Below the pieces are notes generated by a model. The model was not told the origin of the DNA and did no database searches. It saw only the letters and a list, made by a program, of their open reading frames with translations. A program made the translations under genes and the position numbers. From the NCBI GenBank assembly GCA_977020255.1, contig CDROCS010001306.1, positions 310,001 through 374,000 on the forward strand: a stretch of DNA of 64,000 nt, read 5' to 3'. Below are positions 16,649 through 31,044 of the stretch, piece after piece. The DNA comes from Obrimoposthia wandeli. Its lineage: Eukaryota. Numbering within the stretch: the stretch's first letter is position 1; every line of letters begins with the position of its first letter.

Positions 16649-19331
16649 TAAAAATTTTGTCCTCAGGAGGGGGGGCTTTGTGCCAGAAGTGCTACATCTA
16701 CCTACTCACCTAGACGGATACAGCAAGCAGTGGCGAGGAAGACGAAAAGGGCTGGGAAGTCTACCACCAATATGCTCACATCTGCCGAGGTGGTGAATGA
16801 AACGACAGGAGATTTTCCCATCTCTAATGGTCGACGGGCCCATATTGTACGAGAGGATCCCAGTCTCTCCGATTGAATTTAGTCTTCTTCCCAGCCGACG
16901 TCGCCTTCAAGAGACCTCATTTACGCTCCCTATAGTTCAGCAGCCATCGAGCCTCAGTCAAAACTAGGCGAGAGCTTGAGAGGCTGCGTCTTCTCTTCCT
17001 ATGGCATTATTAAGCCAGAATTTGAAGATGGCCTAACTCGATGCTGGGTTGCATGAGCTCCTGGCAGTACTGGAGACTCCATAACAACCGGTCGTGTATC
17101 TAGTTTCAAATAGGCAAGAGGATACGGTGGCATGTAGGCTGGAGCGTGAAAGAAGGAAAATTAAGAAAGCTCCATGGAAGAGGAAGGCTTCAATACCATC
17201 ACCTTCGTCTGGACCATCTACATCGGCTGCACCGCCTCCACGTTGCAGGAACTCCTGCCAAAACCGCCAGAGACGGCAATTGATGCACAACAACCAGCAG
17301 TTGTACAGCCGAATAAGAAGGAGCCAGTACCGCTCCCGCCAATACCACTACGTCGGAAGTATATATATTTTATACTTTAATTTTATGATAAAAATATTTT
17401 TTAAATATGCATTTAAAAAAATTATTTAATAGTAGATAATTGATTTTTCTTTTAATAAACAATATTTATTAAAAAAATTTAAGTCTTTTTCATATTTTTT
17501 AAAATTAATTTATAATGAAGACATAAATTTTAGTTATAATGCTTGTAACTTAAAGATGCTTTCTTAATTAATTTAACTACATTAATTAGTTATTGATTTA
17601 ATAAAGTGTACCAGAGATATAAAATTGTTAGTTAAATAGAATATATTCTTTTATAGGAAGTAATTGGATTAAAAAAATCTCAAATTTATATAAATATGTT
17701 CAACTTTATTTATCACTTCATTATTAAAAAAAGGAATTTACTCAAATGAAGAAGCTTGTGACAACGATAGAGGAGAATGTCCGAAAGGATACAAAGACAG
17801 GTGGAGATTCAGTAGAGGAGACAAACTGAACGAAGAAGGCGGAATTGGAGAAACGACAATTGGCCGAAAAAAAGAAAGGTGGATATGGAAAATAAACATC
17901 GAGCTGAGAGAAAAAATATCCTTCAAATTCAAACAGAAAAAGGGCCTTCTGGAATTTTTTTTATAAAAATATTTTTTTGATTTTATTTATTTGTTACAAT
18001 TATTTTTATTAAATAAATATTTGAAATAACCAAACAAAATATAAACAATTTTATATATGAGGATTCCATAAGATGAATGATGAGTTTTTTTGAATAACTT
18101 ATACATTAAATTGTCTCCTGACTTAGTGGAAGATTACGTTATTTTTTTCAATAAACGACACTCCAGAAAGTGTTGCAAATAAAATTACCAATTTACTTTC
18201 AAACTATTTAGGTAGAATTACATTTCATATAATATTCTTAGGATAATTAAAAATATATAACAATATTAACGAGAAAAAATTAATTGCGATCCTGCACGCG
18301 TTAGTCCTCAGGTGGCCCCTCAGGTATTTTCTCACTCTGTGAGTGCACTATGATATTTTCAGTTTTAAGGGGTCTTAAATGGAGTTAATTTGTATTTTAT
18401 GGTTGTGGGGCGCAGAGTTGTAAAAAACACTTATACATTACTTTATGTAATTCATAAAGTCCTATATAATGATTTAGTGGCTGTAGTATGGACAAATTGG
18501 GGAATTTCAGAAACTATACGGTAAGCCATAAGTCGTAGGGACGTGCTCAAAATCGCGTTTGATGAAATTCAAGTATCCTATGCGCTTAATCTTCGAATTT
18601 CAGTTCGCCACCTTGACCACTGTACCATCCACCGCCTAAAAAACTGCACTTGTACATTTGAAAAGTGTATATATGCCTGAGGACATATTTAGATTTCAAT
18701 CTCACTCCAAACACATGCACGAAATTTCACTCAACACACATGCACGGTTTTAAAGGACAGTGGTACCCCATGGGAAAGAGGCGGTGGATTAGACCAGACA
18801 TATTCACCTACTAATGTTTAAATGTTATTTAATCATATACACTTATTTTGATTTTGACTTGTTTTTGTAGTCCCAAGTCTATTTCAGTATGTAGAATTTG
18901 ATGACATAATAAGGGTTAAGGAGACAGCATTTGTCTACATGTACCGAAATGAATGGCATCTTTTGTGATAGTCAAGAAAACTCTGACGCACAAACATTGC
19001 AAATCTTTGAGGGCCATGTACAAAACAACTTTTAATATAACTTAAATTTTGTACTGACAATTGATGTATCAATTACAGGGTTGTTTAATTAATAACTTAC
19101 AAATGTTCATTTTAGAAACATTGAATTTTACAATAAAACAAAGGTAGGTACTGAGTCGTGTATTAATTTATATACAGTTTTCTATAAGCATACTTATTAT
19201 AGAAGATACAAAATTTGAAGTACATGAGTATCGATATTTGTTTTGTGTGCTTCATCACTTCTTTTTTTTCAGCTCAGCAACTTAATTATTTTAATGGGTT
19301 ATTTACATTTTGATATTGTTAGCCGATACCG

Positions 19332-19697
19332 TCACAAAGCTGTAGGAAAGTGTACCTGGAAGGTGGTGCTGCCTACAGACTCTGACAAGATTTTCTTTCG
19401 ACTATTGCGATGTCTGTGCTGGCGCTGCTGCGGCTGCTGGTTGGCATGGCGACGCCGGATGTGGTGATGGTGGTGACTGTGACTTCTGCTGTTGCCAGGC
19501 AACAAGAATGGCGGTAGGGAGTCAGAGTCATTGTCATCTGGCAGACTTAGGTCACAGCTGCTGCTATTGCCAAGGTGGTTGTGGCTACCATTGGGACAGT
19601 CGCCCTCGTCATCCGAGTACGGTAGACTGGTGGGCTTGTACCGGTGGCAATGACAGGCAGCTAAACGTATTTGCTTCTGCACCGCTCCACAGAAACC
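19332..19697 (-). CDS. Ionotropic glutamate receptor (kainate-like), final coding exon, cytoplasmic tail
   Basis: Acceptor CTAG at 19698, phase 0. GFCGAVQKQIRLAAC resembles the kainate C-tail SFCSAM..ELR...C. It ends PTAL*. Confidence 0.7.
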   Translation of the reverse strand, partial: GFCGAVQKQIRLAACHCHRYKPTSLPYSDDEGDCPNGSHNHLGNSSSCDLSLPDDNDSDSLPPFLLPGNSRSHSHHHHHIRRRHANQQPQQRQHRHRNSRKKILSESVGSTTFQVHFPTAL

Positions 19698-22109
19698 CTA
19701 GCAGTAAAAGCAAGTCACCGATCAATACAATAAACACGAGAATACTAATTAGACCATATACCCTTATTCCATATTTAAAATGTAATTTTGTGTGTTGAAA
19801 ATGATTAAAAACTCAACTAAAAGTTTATTGACATAAAACGGAAACTAAAACATGGAATTGAAAATCCATGAGCCAAAATCTATGGATATAGTCGCATATA
19901 TTAAAAACACAAAGATAAATCTATTCAAAATAATAAATAAATAGATCTCAACGTAATGTTTCTCACCAACATAATAAAATCATTTGTTAATTTTACTATG
20001 CCAACTGCTATAGCAGATAATGAAATATATGAGTATAGGCCAACACATATTTTGATGATTTTGAGTAATTCTGATATGGTAAATTTAAAAATTATATATG
20101 ATTTGATCTATCGAGTTTAGCTTTTGTACAAATATTTTTACCATATTTTATATTTATTATAAAAAAAAAATTTACCTTTAGAATGTTGTTTAAATACTTC
20201 GATTAAATCAAATTAAGTATTATTTAAACAATCTGAAAACACTTACCTGGTCAGCTGCTGGTCAGAAATAAGAAAGTTCTTAACTTGAAGTAAATAAAGA
20301 TTGAAATAAAAGTCTGGCGTCTGCTTTGTGATTTAGCCGCTGCGACGAGGCCTTAATTATGTAAAAAAAGTTACGAATTAATGACTATGGAAGGTTATGT
20401 TTGTAGTATAAGCACCCACAAGAAGAGAGATTGTGGTAGTCGGTGAAGGAAGTGATTATGTACATTTGTATTACACAATTACGCCTGCATCTAATTTTTG
20501 TGCGGGTGATCACTTGTTATGTCATCATTTGAGAAAAATAGAAAACGATAACATGTTTGCTTATTAATAAAGACTGCAATTCAATTGCTGGTGGATATTA
20601 AGAAACGCACACCTTGACACGCCCTTAAATCAGAGTACAATGTACGGCACAGTACGATAAAGTATATAAAAACCGAGGTGAAACAAATGGCAGACATCTG
20701 GGAAACGTCACACTAAGTACCATCAAGAATTAATGACAAAATAATATCGAAAATGATTGAAGAGTCAGGATACACAGAAATTGCTCAATTGTTGAACGCA
20801 TTCCATGGCGACAAACATGCATCCAGAATATGTACATGCAAGGCTAGATACAGACCATCAGAAGATATGATTGACGCTGGCATTATGACAGCAGTTATTG
20901 GAGACGATCAAGAAGAAAATGAATGGCCGGATGAAAGCGTTCCATCCCATCGCGAGAAAATGGTGTATATATGGACAAATGAATCCAATGATCCTAGTAA
21001 CAACACGAACACACATCGGCAGGATTGCAGGATTGAAGACTTTACACAATATGAAGGAGTTGGGTGTGAAAAAGAGACTGACCTCTTTGAAACAAAGATA
21101 CATACCCTGATACTTCAGAGGACAAAACGTTTGGTGTCATTGTATGTGGTTTGTTGAGTAGACGAGGTGGTGTGCTGCATGTCGGACATGCTTGGCCTAG
21201 ACATTTCCCTTTATATTTATTATACCTTAAAAGTTGTAACCAATTCACTTATGGATAACTGTGTTCAAACTCTTCCGGGTTAATGCAGATAAACTAAAAG
21301 TATAATACTGCTTGCTTATACCGGTTAATTTAATTGACATTGCGATTTGTGGTCATCCTGAAAATTGTCAAGGCATGATGTAAATATTGGTTACCCTGTA
21401 TTGGATTCCATTGATTATATTGTTGCTATTGATATTGTTATTAAATAATTGATTTATGAATATTTGAGAACCTCATAACCCATGCAAGGAATGTCTCATC
21501 ATAGCTGTTCATTTATTGTGTCTATATTTTCCCAACCTCTAGTACTGCAAGTTAAGTATTATCATGAACGATGTTTCCTTTTTTCTGTTAATCCTCCATA
21601 AACTGATATTTAATATAGGACATAAAAAGCGATTACAATGCATAATATACTTTTTATTTTCCCCTTTAATGAAATAGTATATTTCTCGTTAAAACTACAA
21701 ACATGTCATCTTGTCAGGATTTTGAGATTTTTTATATGTATAGTATTTAAAGTTATGTAATCAGAAACCTGATTTAGAATTTTTTTGTTTAAGTATTACT
21801 ATTAAAACTTGTATAAAATAAATTGTGTTTTGGAATCTAACTCTTGAATTATGCCTACGATAGAAAACATAACTGGCTACCAAATGTTCATAATTTAAAA
21901 GTACACCTTGAGATACAGTAGACCAATGATATACCAAATATAAAACAATGCCCGCTTTCATTCATGACTGAAATATCGATTTAAAAACTGATGCTATGTT
22001 GATAAATCGCCAACTACAATAAATAAAACATTGACATAGTTGATATGTTTATTAACAGAGTTGTAATATATTTTTTCCATTTTTCTTTAACAATTTATTA
22101 ATTATTTAA

Positions 22110-22503
22110 GTTATGTAATCAGAAACCGGAATTATCTTACTTTCAATAATTTGTTTAAGAACTGATATTTAATAATCAGGATATAAATTATGCTGTGAAA
22201 TCGAAGTCTTGAATTATGTATACGATAGAAAACATAACTGGCGACCACGCTGAAATAAATGTAGTGACGAGAAGTCAATCAAATAAGAATATCCTCGAGA
22301 CTATGCCTAAAGAACAAAGAATGATGTTCCAGTATAACATAAGAAGATACGACGAAATGAGTTCAAAGGGAGGTGAAAAATGGTTAAAAGATATTGGAGA
22401 ATGGGTTGACGCAAATCAGATTAATATTGGGGATGCATTTGAGTTGATGTTGACCGAAGAAGCTGGGTTATTATGGAAGGATGTCAGTGAAAGTTTAAAT
22501 TGA
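22110..22503 (+). mobile_element. Ty3/gypsy fragment: LTR-like segment plus gag N-terminus
   Basis: MYTIENITGDHAEIN...QYNIRRY is homologous to the decayed gag at ~34980-35280 (minus). The upstream TTATGTAATCAGAAA...GAATTATG repeat is also at ~21751, 31045 and 35273. Confidence 0.65.
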
Positions 22504-25500
22504 AGAAAATTGCCTAGAAATGAAATCCATGGTTGACAAAGTTTGCAAACTCGCAAAAGTGAAGCAAGTTTGAAGCTAACGTTTCTCAACATTCAGCATA
22601 AGAGTGAGAAAGCTCGTTGAGGCTATGATAGAAAATAATGTTAGCAAAGATGATCTGCCTGACGCATTTATTAAATATATACTGAAGTATCAGTTCTTAT
22701 TAAATGGTCATGGTCAGCTCCGTCAATTTGTGACTCTCTAATAGTTTATATAGTCCATGTAAGTATCTGAAAAATCACGTTTTAGACTTAAAATGAAATA
22801 GAAAACGTTTTTTTGGATGTAAACCTATTTAAAATTATATTTATCGTAATCAGGATGTAAAACTATTTAAAAAAAACATTTATTTAGTTTTGAGAAAAAA
22901 TTTCATGTTGCGCTGTGTTATTAAACTCTTTAATTATGTATAAAATTGTTTTATCTTATTTTTTTGCCCTAAATGTGTTTCTACTTTTGAAATTTTCCAT
23001 ATTTATTGTTGTACCGGAAAGCAATGATTCGGAGAATATATTTTCTAGCCTATTGAACCTTTTATGGTCTCGTGATTCAAAGTAGTTTTTTTTTGTTCAG
23101 TGTAATTTGAAATCCATCTTTGTGAATCTGAGTACACATAATGCACTCGTTAATGAAATTGTAACAAATGAAATTAAAGTAGTCTTATCATTTTAGTTTA
23201 CTTAGAATTTCTGTAAATTAATAGCATGATTTCAAGTAGAAAAGCTTGTCTGCTTCAAACACAACTTATATTGATTAGTTATTAGTGCTTTATTTCATTT
23301 CTTTCATTCCTATTTAACACATATTTGAGGTAAGTACAAATTATTAAAAAAAATATAGATTTATTTCTTCTAACTTGGACGTATTAAACATCTGTCAAAA
23401 CTAAAAAAATATATTTTAACCCATTAATCAAGTTTTATTCGGATTTATCATTTAAATGATTTTACAACAATGTGCATGAAGTTAAACTCACAAGAAAAGG
23501 TTTCCAACAACATAAAAGAATATAAATATTTTGTAAGTAAAATAAAACCTAATATTTGTGGGGAAAAATAAATAATCTTAATATATAAAATTATATAAAC
23601 AAATAATAAATATAAAACGTAAATAATACATTTTGTTAAAATTTGCCGTGGATGCACTATAACTAAATAATTTGTAACAATTTTCAATTTAAAAAATGTT
23701 TTTGTCATTATGTAAAAATGTCAGAGATCACTTATGTGTTGATGTTTATTGAAATAAAAATTGCATTAAAGTTTTGTTTAAATATACTAATACAAATAAA
23801 TATAAAAAAATTGAATTGTCCCTATGACATAACTCTGGTCCCAACTTTTGCATTAAATATTCTTATTTCTGAAAATTTTTATTATCAAACAAACTTTGAA
23901 AATTATAATCCCTATAAACTTTCTAATTTATTTATCAGTAATTAATAGACTTAAAGCAAACTTTAGTGAAATACATTTACGAATTATAGTAAAACTTCAT
24001 TTAATATTATATTTAAATTTCAAATTAATTTAGTATAATATTGAAACGTTGAAGGGGGGAAATTTAGATAGGGAGATCTTTTGGTAAACACTATATTTAA
24101 AATTGTGCATATAGCCAAATGTGCAGCTTGGTATGAAAATTTTGGAAGTGTTTTTCAGTTCAAAGAAAATATAGATCTATGTATGATAAAAAAGTGCAAT
24201 TTCTTCATGAAAGAAGTATTAAGAAGTGGCATAATAGGTGTGTTTTAGATACAAAAAGGGAACGAAAAAAACAAGGAATTCAGTTGAGTCTTTAGATGAT
24301 ATTAAAAATCAATTTATTGATGATCAGCACATTTCTGGAAACGTACTGCCCTTGCCACTGGTGTCAGTTGTGAAACTGTGTGAAAATGTTTCAATACCCT
24401 GAAATTTCATTCATATAAAATGCAAACCGTGAGCTACTAAATGAAGAGGATAATGTTTGTAGTACAATCGTGAATTTGAAGAAAATAGAAAACATAGCAT
24501 TCCATAATATAAAGAAAAGCCAATGCTAAATGTTAGGTTTGATAAAAATAAAATGGTTTTTAAAATTTGTTCTTTATTTTTTTATTTATTACATTTTTAA
24601 ATCTCTATCTTTGGAGTTGTCAACCTGTATTTAAAATTGATTTTTAGTAAAGTTATAGCTTCTGAATTTTCCAATGAATCCACGCTGAAGCCTACAATAA
24701 GAATATGATTTAATTTATTAAAATGATTAATTGGAAAACTTTCACAGTCATATTACATATGCAACGGTGTGTATGTATGTTACTGGAGCTCTGTAAAAAA
24801 CAAGACAAAAGTTTCTGCAAGCAGACTTATATTTTTTGTTTTCGCATTAACTAAGTTGTCTGGAATTGGAAACTTGAAACTGAGTGCGTCGGATTTCCTC
24901 CAAACATCGAAACACAGATGTCTCCGCTCATACTAAACGGATGCTAATGAGTCGTATCGGTTATAATTATCAAAACATCGTCTCAGCAGCACCATATCCA
25001 ATTTCAATCCATTTTCTGTGTCGAGAAAAATATTATTTTGACTTACATAGTTTTGAATATTACTGTTTTGTTCATTTTTATTTGTAAACACTGCTTTGTA
25101 AAAGTAAACCATTTTATTCGATATACATTAATATTTGAATTAGTCAAAAACAGCGTTACGACCTTTCTTTCTAAACAGTCACCATATCGTTCTGGGCAAA
25201 GTCTGTTCATTTTATATCTTTAGTCAAAACATTTTGTATAAATCATATATATAGAGAATAACGGAGAATCTCAGAAGAGCGTGGCAACTTCGAAAGCCAA
25301 TATCAAAAGAATTATAACGAGCACATACCGTGAGACTACATTTGGGCGTTGAACCGTGGAAGTGATGTAGAATAGAATAGAAAATCTCGCCATAATATTG
25401 ACCTCAAATTAATTGTATTTGATGTAATTCACTATTCTAAATACATGTTAATTTCTATTTGCAGCTTTTGTTTGACTTTGGCCAATGGGTAAAGATAGTT

Positions 25501-28500
25501 TCACCCACTCTCCATCGAAAAAAATCCATCACGTTACAAAATCAAAGTCTGAACAGGCAAATTGGTTTTTCTATACTTGTTGACAACAAGGAATAACGGT
25601 TATAATACTGATTACCTAGGCACAGCATTTTGTTACATGTCGCAAGCAATATCTATAAACTATGTTTTAGAAAATACCGTACAAATATATAGTTGCTTAA
25701 ATCAGTAAATAGCATAAAAGGTTTATAATTTCAAAGAATATAATAACATTTGAAGTGGGTCATTGTACTTTCTTGTAAGCAAAAACAAGAAAGTAGCTAT
25801 AACAAAAGAAAAAACCTTCCAATTGTCAGTTCTATTTAATCTAAATAACAGGACAATCAAATTTGAAATATTGTTCAATCAGTTCAGGTTTTGTTTAAAA
25901 CAACTTCCGGTTACAGTATTTGATGCCCAACGTTTAGATTTTTGTAAAGTTTAAATTTAGATTTTTTAACCCCTCATGAAAAAAAGGGTTTGAGGCCATT
26001 GGAAAAATTGTTTTGCAGGAAAATAGTGATACGATGTTCCAATATGTGTTTATTTTGTTGTTGTTAAACTACATACTTGTTCATACATTTTTATTACATA
26101 CTAATGAACCCAACCAAATGTTACATCATGAAAATAAATTAAATAAAGAAACTATTCAGAGTTCAAAACTTATCGTACATATACCCACATCATATATTTG
26201 GGCCACCGTGGGCCCAAATGACTCCCACCTGTGATCAGTATACATTTCACACTCTGGGAGGGGGGTGGGTGTTGAGGCGTTTGGAAATCATTGTGTTTTC
26301 TAACATTTGTAAAAACGCTTAGACCTTATTTGTTTTGCACATAATATATTTTACAAAAGTCATGTTTAGTGCAGTGATATGGTAAATAGTAAACGTGAGA
26401 GATCTGTCAGCAAGTTTAAGAGAAAACATTTTCACTAAAAACGCTTTAATTACAATGTCGCCTTGATACATTGGCTGCAAAATTCCCATTACGTTATGTG
26501 TCAAACATCTCATCTTAAATTACATCAATATTTTATTTTTAAAATTCATGATTGTTTAGTATTTTAATTTATCAATTAATTCATTCGCTAAAAGCTTTAG
26601 ACAAAGCTGCCAATATTATTTTCAAATTAAAGAAAAATGCTAGCACATGTTCATATTTAATGATCAGTGCCAAAATTGAATTCCATGTCCTACTGGTAAT
26701 CAAAATATGTATTCCCAAACATAAGCCCAAATATTTATATGATCTTCTCGAGCCTCGTGCTGTGAGCATGTATATGTATATTAACAGCAACGATGACTGT
26801 AGATTGGTTAAAAAATTCTCAAATAACAAACATGGTGGTGGAATTTTTGAAATTTATACTCTGAATCTTTACAACAATTTACTTTACAACAATTTAAAAG
26901 AAACTAGAACAATGTTGAAAAGTTCAAATAAGTGCTGAAGAATTTACTACTTAGAAAATATTACGAATAATAATGGCAAACGGGAAGTGCCTTTTAGGAA
27001 TAAATGATAGATTTACTAGATATTAGTGTTATATTAAATGTATTATTGTTAAAATTTTCATTCAACTGAAGTTTGTGTCTAAGTCAAAGTTACATGTTTC
27101 TTTTTTCTTCAAAACTGGGAAATATTTTTGCTTTGAATATCAACTTCACGCGTTTGGTGTCAGATTCAAAACTCTTCTTAATTATCTCAATAATAATCTT
27201 ATAAGTAAGAATACCCTTTCCATTTGATTGATTGTGTTAAAACAAAGTTATGGGCTTTGGGAACTTCTTATTGCTTTTCGATAATGTTTACCACCTTGAT
27301 TCACTAGAGTCCGGGGTGCTAAAATAATGTTTCTGAATTAGTGTTAATATCAGAAATAGAGAAGATAATTACATATTAAATTTATCCGCTAAACTGCATC
27401 TAGATTCCATTTTTTAAAGTATTAATGATGTTTAGTTTGTCAGAAAGACACATGTTAATCCATTTTCTCGTAAACAAAATGAAATAAACATTATCCTTAA
27501 GAGGGAACTAATTGGGACCGTTTTCAGATAAATTTTAATCTAGCCAGTATATGCTAATCTAAAAAATTCTCTCATACCTTAAGACATATATCCAGGGTAT
27601 ATTTCCATGTAATGTTTCTCTCATATATATTCATGTATTGTTATAGTTCCATTTATGTAGCTGTCCCAAGTAGCACGACGGTGGGGCTACTTAGGACAGA
27701 TTGAAAAATGTATTAAAGACACTGTTCAAAACATATTGATTGGTCAGTTATTGCATTGAGAGATCTTAGAAACAACTAATAATATACATGTAAGCTTTGT
27801 AAACTCAAGAGAATTCGAGAATTCCAATAGTTTGATCAATTTCAATTTTATAATTTTCTGCAACATTGGGCCAGATGAATTCATTGACTGTATATCAACA
27901 TTGACGAAGTAATATAATTTCTAATTCTTTTGGCAGAGATGCCTCCTTACATTCAATCAGATTTATAACACAAATTTGTTCTTATTGGTAATAAAGAGAT
28001 TACATTTTTGGATTCCAGTTCATTCATGGAAGTTTACATTAGCACTAAGATCACAGCAATCATCCCAAGAAACTCAACTGTAGAATTGTCAATTAATTTA
28101 ATTTTTAGTTGAGATCTCTTTCTTGGCCAGTTTCTTTTTTAATTTGGGATATCATGCACTACTTTTTGTTAATTTTAATATTTTTTCTTTCTGTTCTATC
28201 TGACATTTGTGAAGGAAAGTTGAATCCATTTATGACTTTTTTACCAAAAAGAGTCTGTTCTAGTGTAATGCCATACGGTCAAACCAGTCTTCAAGCGAGG
28301 AACTGTCAAACCATTCAGTTTTGATAATGCCAATGAAATGTGGTGAATGATAATTAACATCCTAATGAGTATTTGAAAACAATGATAAATAAATATTGTA
28401 GCATATATAATTATATAAATATCATTTTTTGAAACAAATTATGCTCGTTGTGTAACTTGGGACAATGAAAAAATGAAATAATGAAAAACTGAATATGCTT

Positions 28501-31044
28501 TTATTTGATTATTACTTATGTCATTTTTCTATTATATTGCTATATTTTTTTCTTCAAATTTTATCCAGAAGATAGTCAATTTCCTATTTAATGGTCCAAT
28601 TCCATTAAACAGAAAAAATATATTGTTCCCTAAATTTTGTGGTAAAATAAGAATTTTTATATTTGACACTAAATTATGTTGTAAACAATTAAATTAACAA
28701 TAACGTATTAAAATACAGATATCCTTTTATACATTCATAATTTCTCAAGGACACAACAAAATTGGACTTAGATCACGATAAAAATAACTATATTGAAACA
28801 CCCCCAAGTTACGGTAATAATAATAAATAAAATTGAATAACTATTAAAGTACATTTAAGAAATGAAATGTATGTAATATGTATGCTTTTAATAATAACTA
28901 TGTTAGTACTTTTGTTTCAGTTCAAAATACGAACACTATCTAAGGTTGTGTTCCTTTATAAACTCCTAATTAAAGTTGTTTATTGTGATATTTATTGTAA
29001 ATGTATATTTGAAATTTGTTTATTTATTACTTTATTTAATGAATTGATTTAAACTTTCCAAACAAAAAATATAGCATGAAAAAGGCATGAAATAAGTATA
29101 AATAAGTTTTGTAAAGCGTAAAATCAAAAAATCTAAGAAGAGTGTACGAAATTACAAATAAATATATCAAATGTAACGAATTTTTTAAAAACATGAAAAT
29201 ATATTTAGAGAACAAAATATAAATTAGAATAATTGTAAAATAAAATATACACTTTGTAATATTTTTATTGGATATTATTATATTGTTTGCTGTTATTTGT
29301 ACTTGACTCAAATCTAGCTATAGTTCCACAAATAAACAAAATAGTAAAAATGTGTAATTAAAATGCGAGGAAAATATCGAAAATACGCATATAATTGTCA
29401 AAACAAACAACAATATTAATGACACAAAGCATTTTATCATCTTAAGTATATTTTCAAAATTTAATCGTATACAATACTCTGAGTGGTTGGTTATCTATTA
29501 AAGAAAGAATAAATTATAAAATCATGAGAATTGTAAAGTGTTTATTAAAGAAACAGCCAGTATATGTGTGTAATCTAATAGCGGAATATGAGATTCAGAC
29601 TGCAATGAATTTAAGAAATGTTAGAACAAAAAGTTACTTTGAAATGATAATTTCCACACCAAGTAGAGAAAAATATTTTCAGACTACCTAAATAAATTCG
29701 TTCTAATTCCAATGTACAAAACTTCAAGAGGCATGTTAAATCCCATTTATTCCCATAGTCCACGAATTATTCAATGTTCAAAGATTTAAAAATACATTAC
29801 TTAGTTAGTTTGCATTGAAATTAACTACTTTTTTAGTACATATTAGATAATGAATATAATTGACGCAGGTATTTAAGAAATATCACCTTCAAACCAGTAA
29901 TCTTATCATCTGTAAACAATTATTAATTATTTTTGAATTTGAAATAAGCCGGAAAAATAAAATCCAACGATAAATAATTATGATATGAAGATGGTGACTT
30001 CAAATAATATATTTTGCAAACTGTTAGGTTTATGTGATTAAATTACATTTTTCATGTTAAATTATATAAAAAGAAAATATTGATTAAATAAACAAATATT
30101 AAAGTATCATATTTTTTTTCAAATATATTTTAACATAAAGTGGTAGATATTTTTAAATACTAATAATAATTAAAATTGTTAACAATGTATTTCTATTAAT
30201 TTTGGCAGACATTTAGATAATGGTGTAAAAATTAATCCTAATCATAATTTGAGGCTTATTTTTTAATAATATCAAATTGGAAATTGAAATTTAAAATTAT
30301 TTCAAAATTTAGCCTGCTTTACTTATACTTTTGAAATTCTTGATTATCTTTTGATCCAGTGATCCACATTGTTTCGTTCACACTCCACACAAACTTCTCA
30401 TTATTCCGCTACATTTGATAAACTTTTTTAGATTGCAATTTTATTTTATCTTTCATTAATCTATCTTGATCTAGGATAATTTTCAAATATCTCCAATTTT
30501 GAATGTTAATTTTTCTACATCGTCTTTCTTCTGTTTTTTTCTTCCTTTATTCAATCTTAAAATTATAATTACAGTAAATTTATTGTAATTCTTGGGATTA
30601 AAAATCTTATGGCAAATTAAATAATTTGGAAAAATACGAATATAAAATAAAAAATAAACAAAAAAAAAATCAAAGTAAAATCTATTCAATTAAAAAAAAA
30701 ACTTAAAAATTCCTCTATGTACCTTTTCTTTCTTCTGTTTTGTGATATTACATATAAAAATTTCCTCCTTAAAATTTAAATCATATTCGTCTCATTACTT
30801 TTTATAAATTTTATAAACACTCACATTTTTGCAAACAAACTAGTTTTCTCATCAATTACCTTTTCTTCCAAATCTGAATTTTCTTTAATTGGATTGAATT
30901 CGTAATTTTCTCTATAATGTCGTAATATTTATTTTAATCAATTTTAAACTTCATCATTAATCGTAAAAATGCATCTTTTCGTAAAACATGGCAACTTTTA
31001 GGAGTTAATTTTTTTGAAGTTGATGATACAAGTTGTGTTTTACA

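Larger units (their letters stand above)
1..16706 (-). mobile_element. Endogenous Maverick/Polinton (adintovirus-like) element; left end outside the window, right end provisionally 16706
   Basis: pPolB, RVE integrase, adenain protease, A32 ATPase, MCP and mCP lie between long inverted repeats. The right end ...GCTACATCTACCTACT (reverse complement AGTAGGTAGATGTAG) resembles the AGTAG-type Polinton terminus, and the sequence character changes after it. A TSD cannot be checked because the left flank is outside the window. Confidence 0.95.
14234..16706. repeat. Right arm of the terminal inverted repeat (~2.5 kb)
   Basis: 14234-16294 is the reverse complement of 1-2082. The same motif family continues to ~16660 and the candidate terminus at 16706. 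Confidence 0.9.

Noticed and set aside
20753-21157. 134-aa plus-strand ORF in the receptor intron
   Set aside because: No recognisable domain, an in-frame stop shortly upstream and wrong strand for the host gene. It is probably a decayed TE fragment and cannot be assigned.
23448-30689. Numerous 60-130-aa ORFs in AT-rich intron sequence, including a faint LINE RT-like LSKAF motif near 26590
   Set aside because: Composition is dominated by Ile/Leu/Phe/Lys/Asn as expected by chance in very AT-rich DNA, and the LINE signal is too degraded to delimit.
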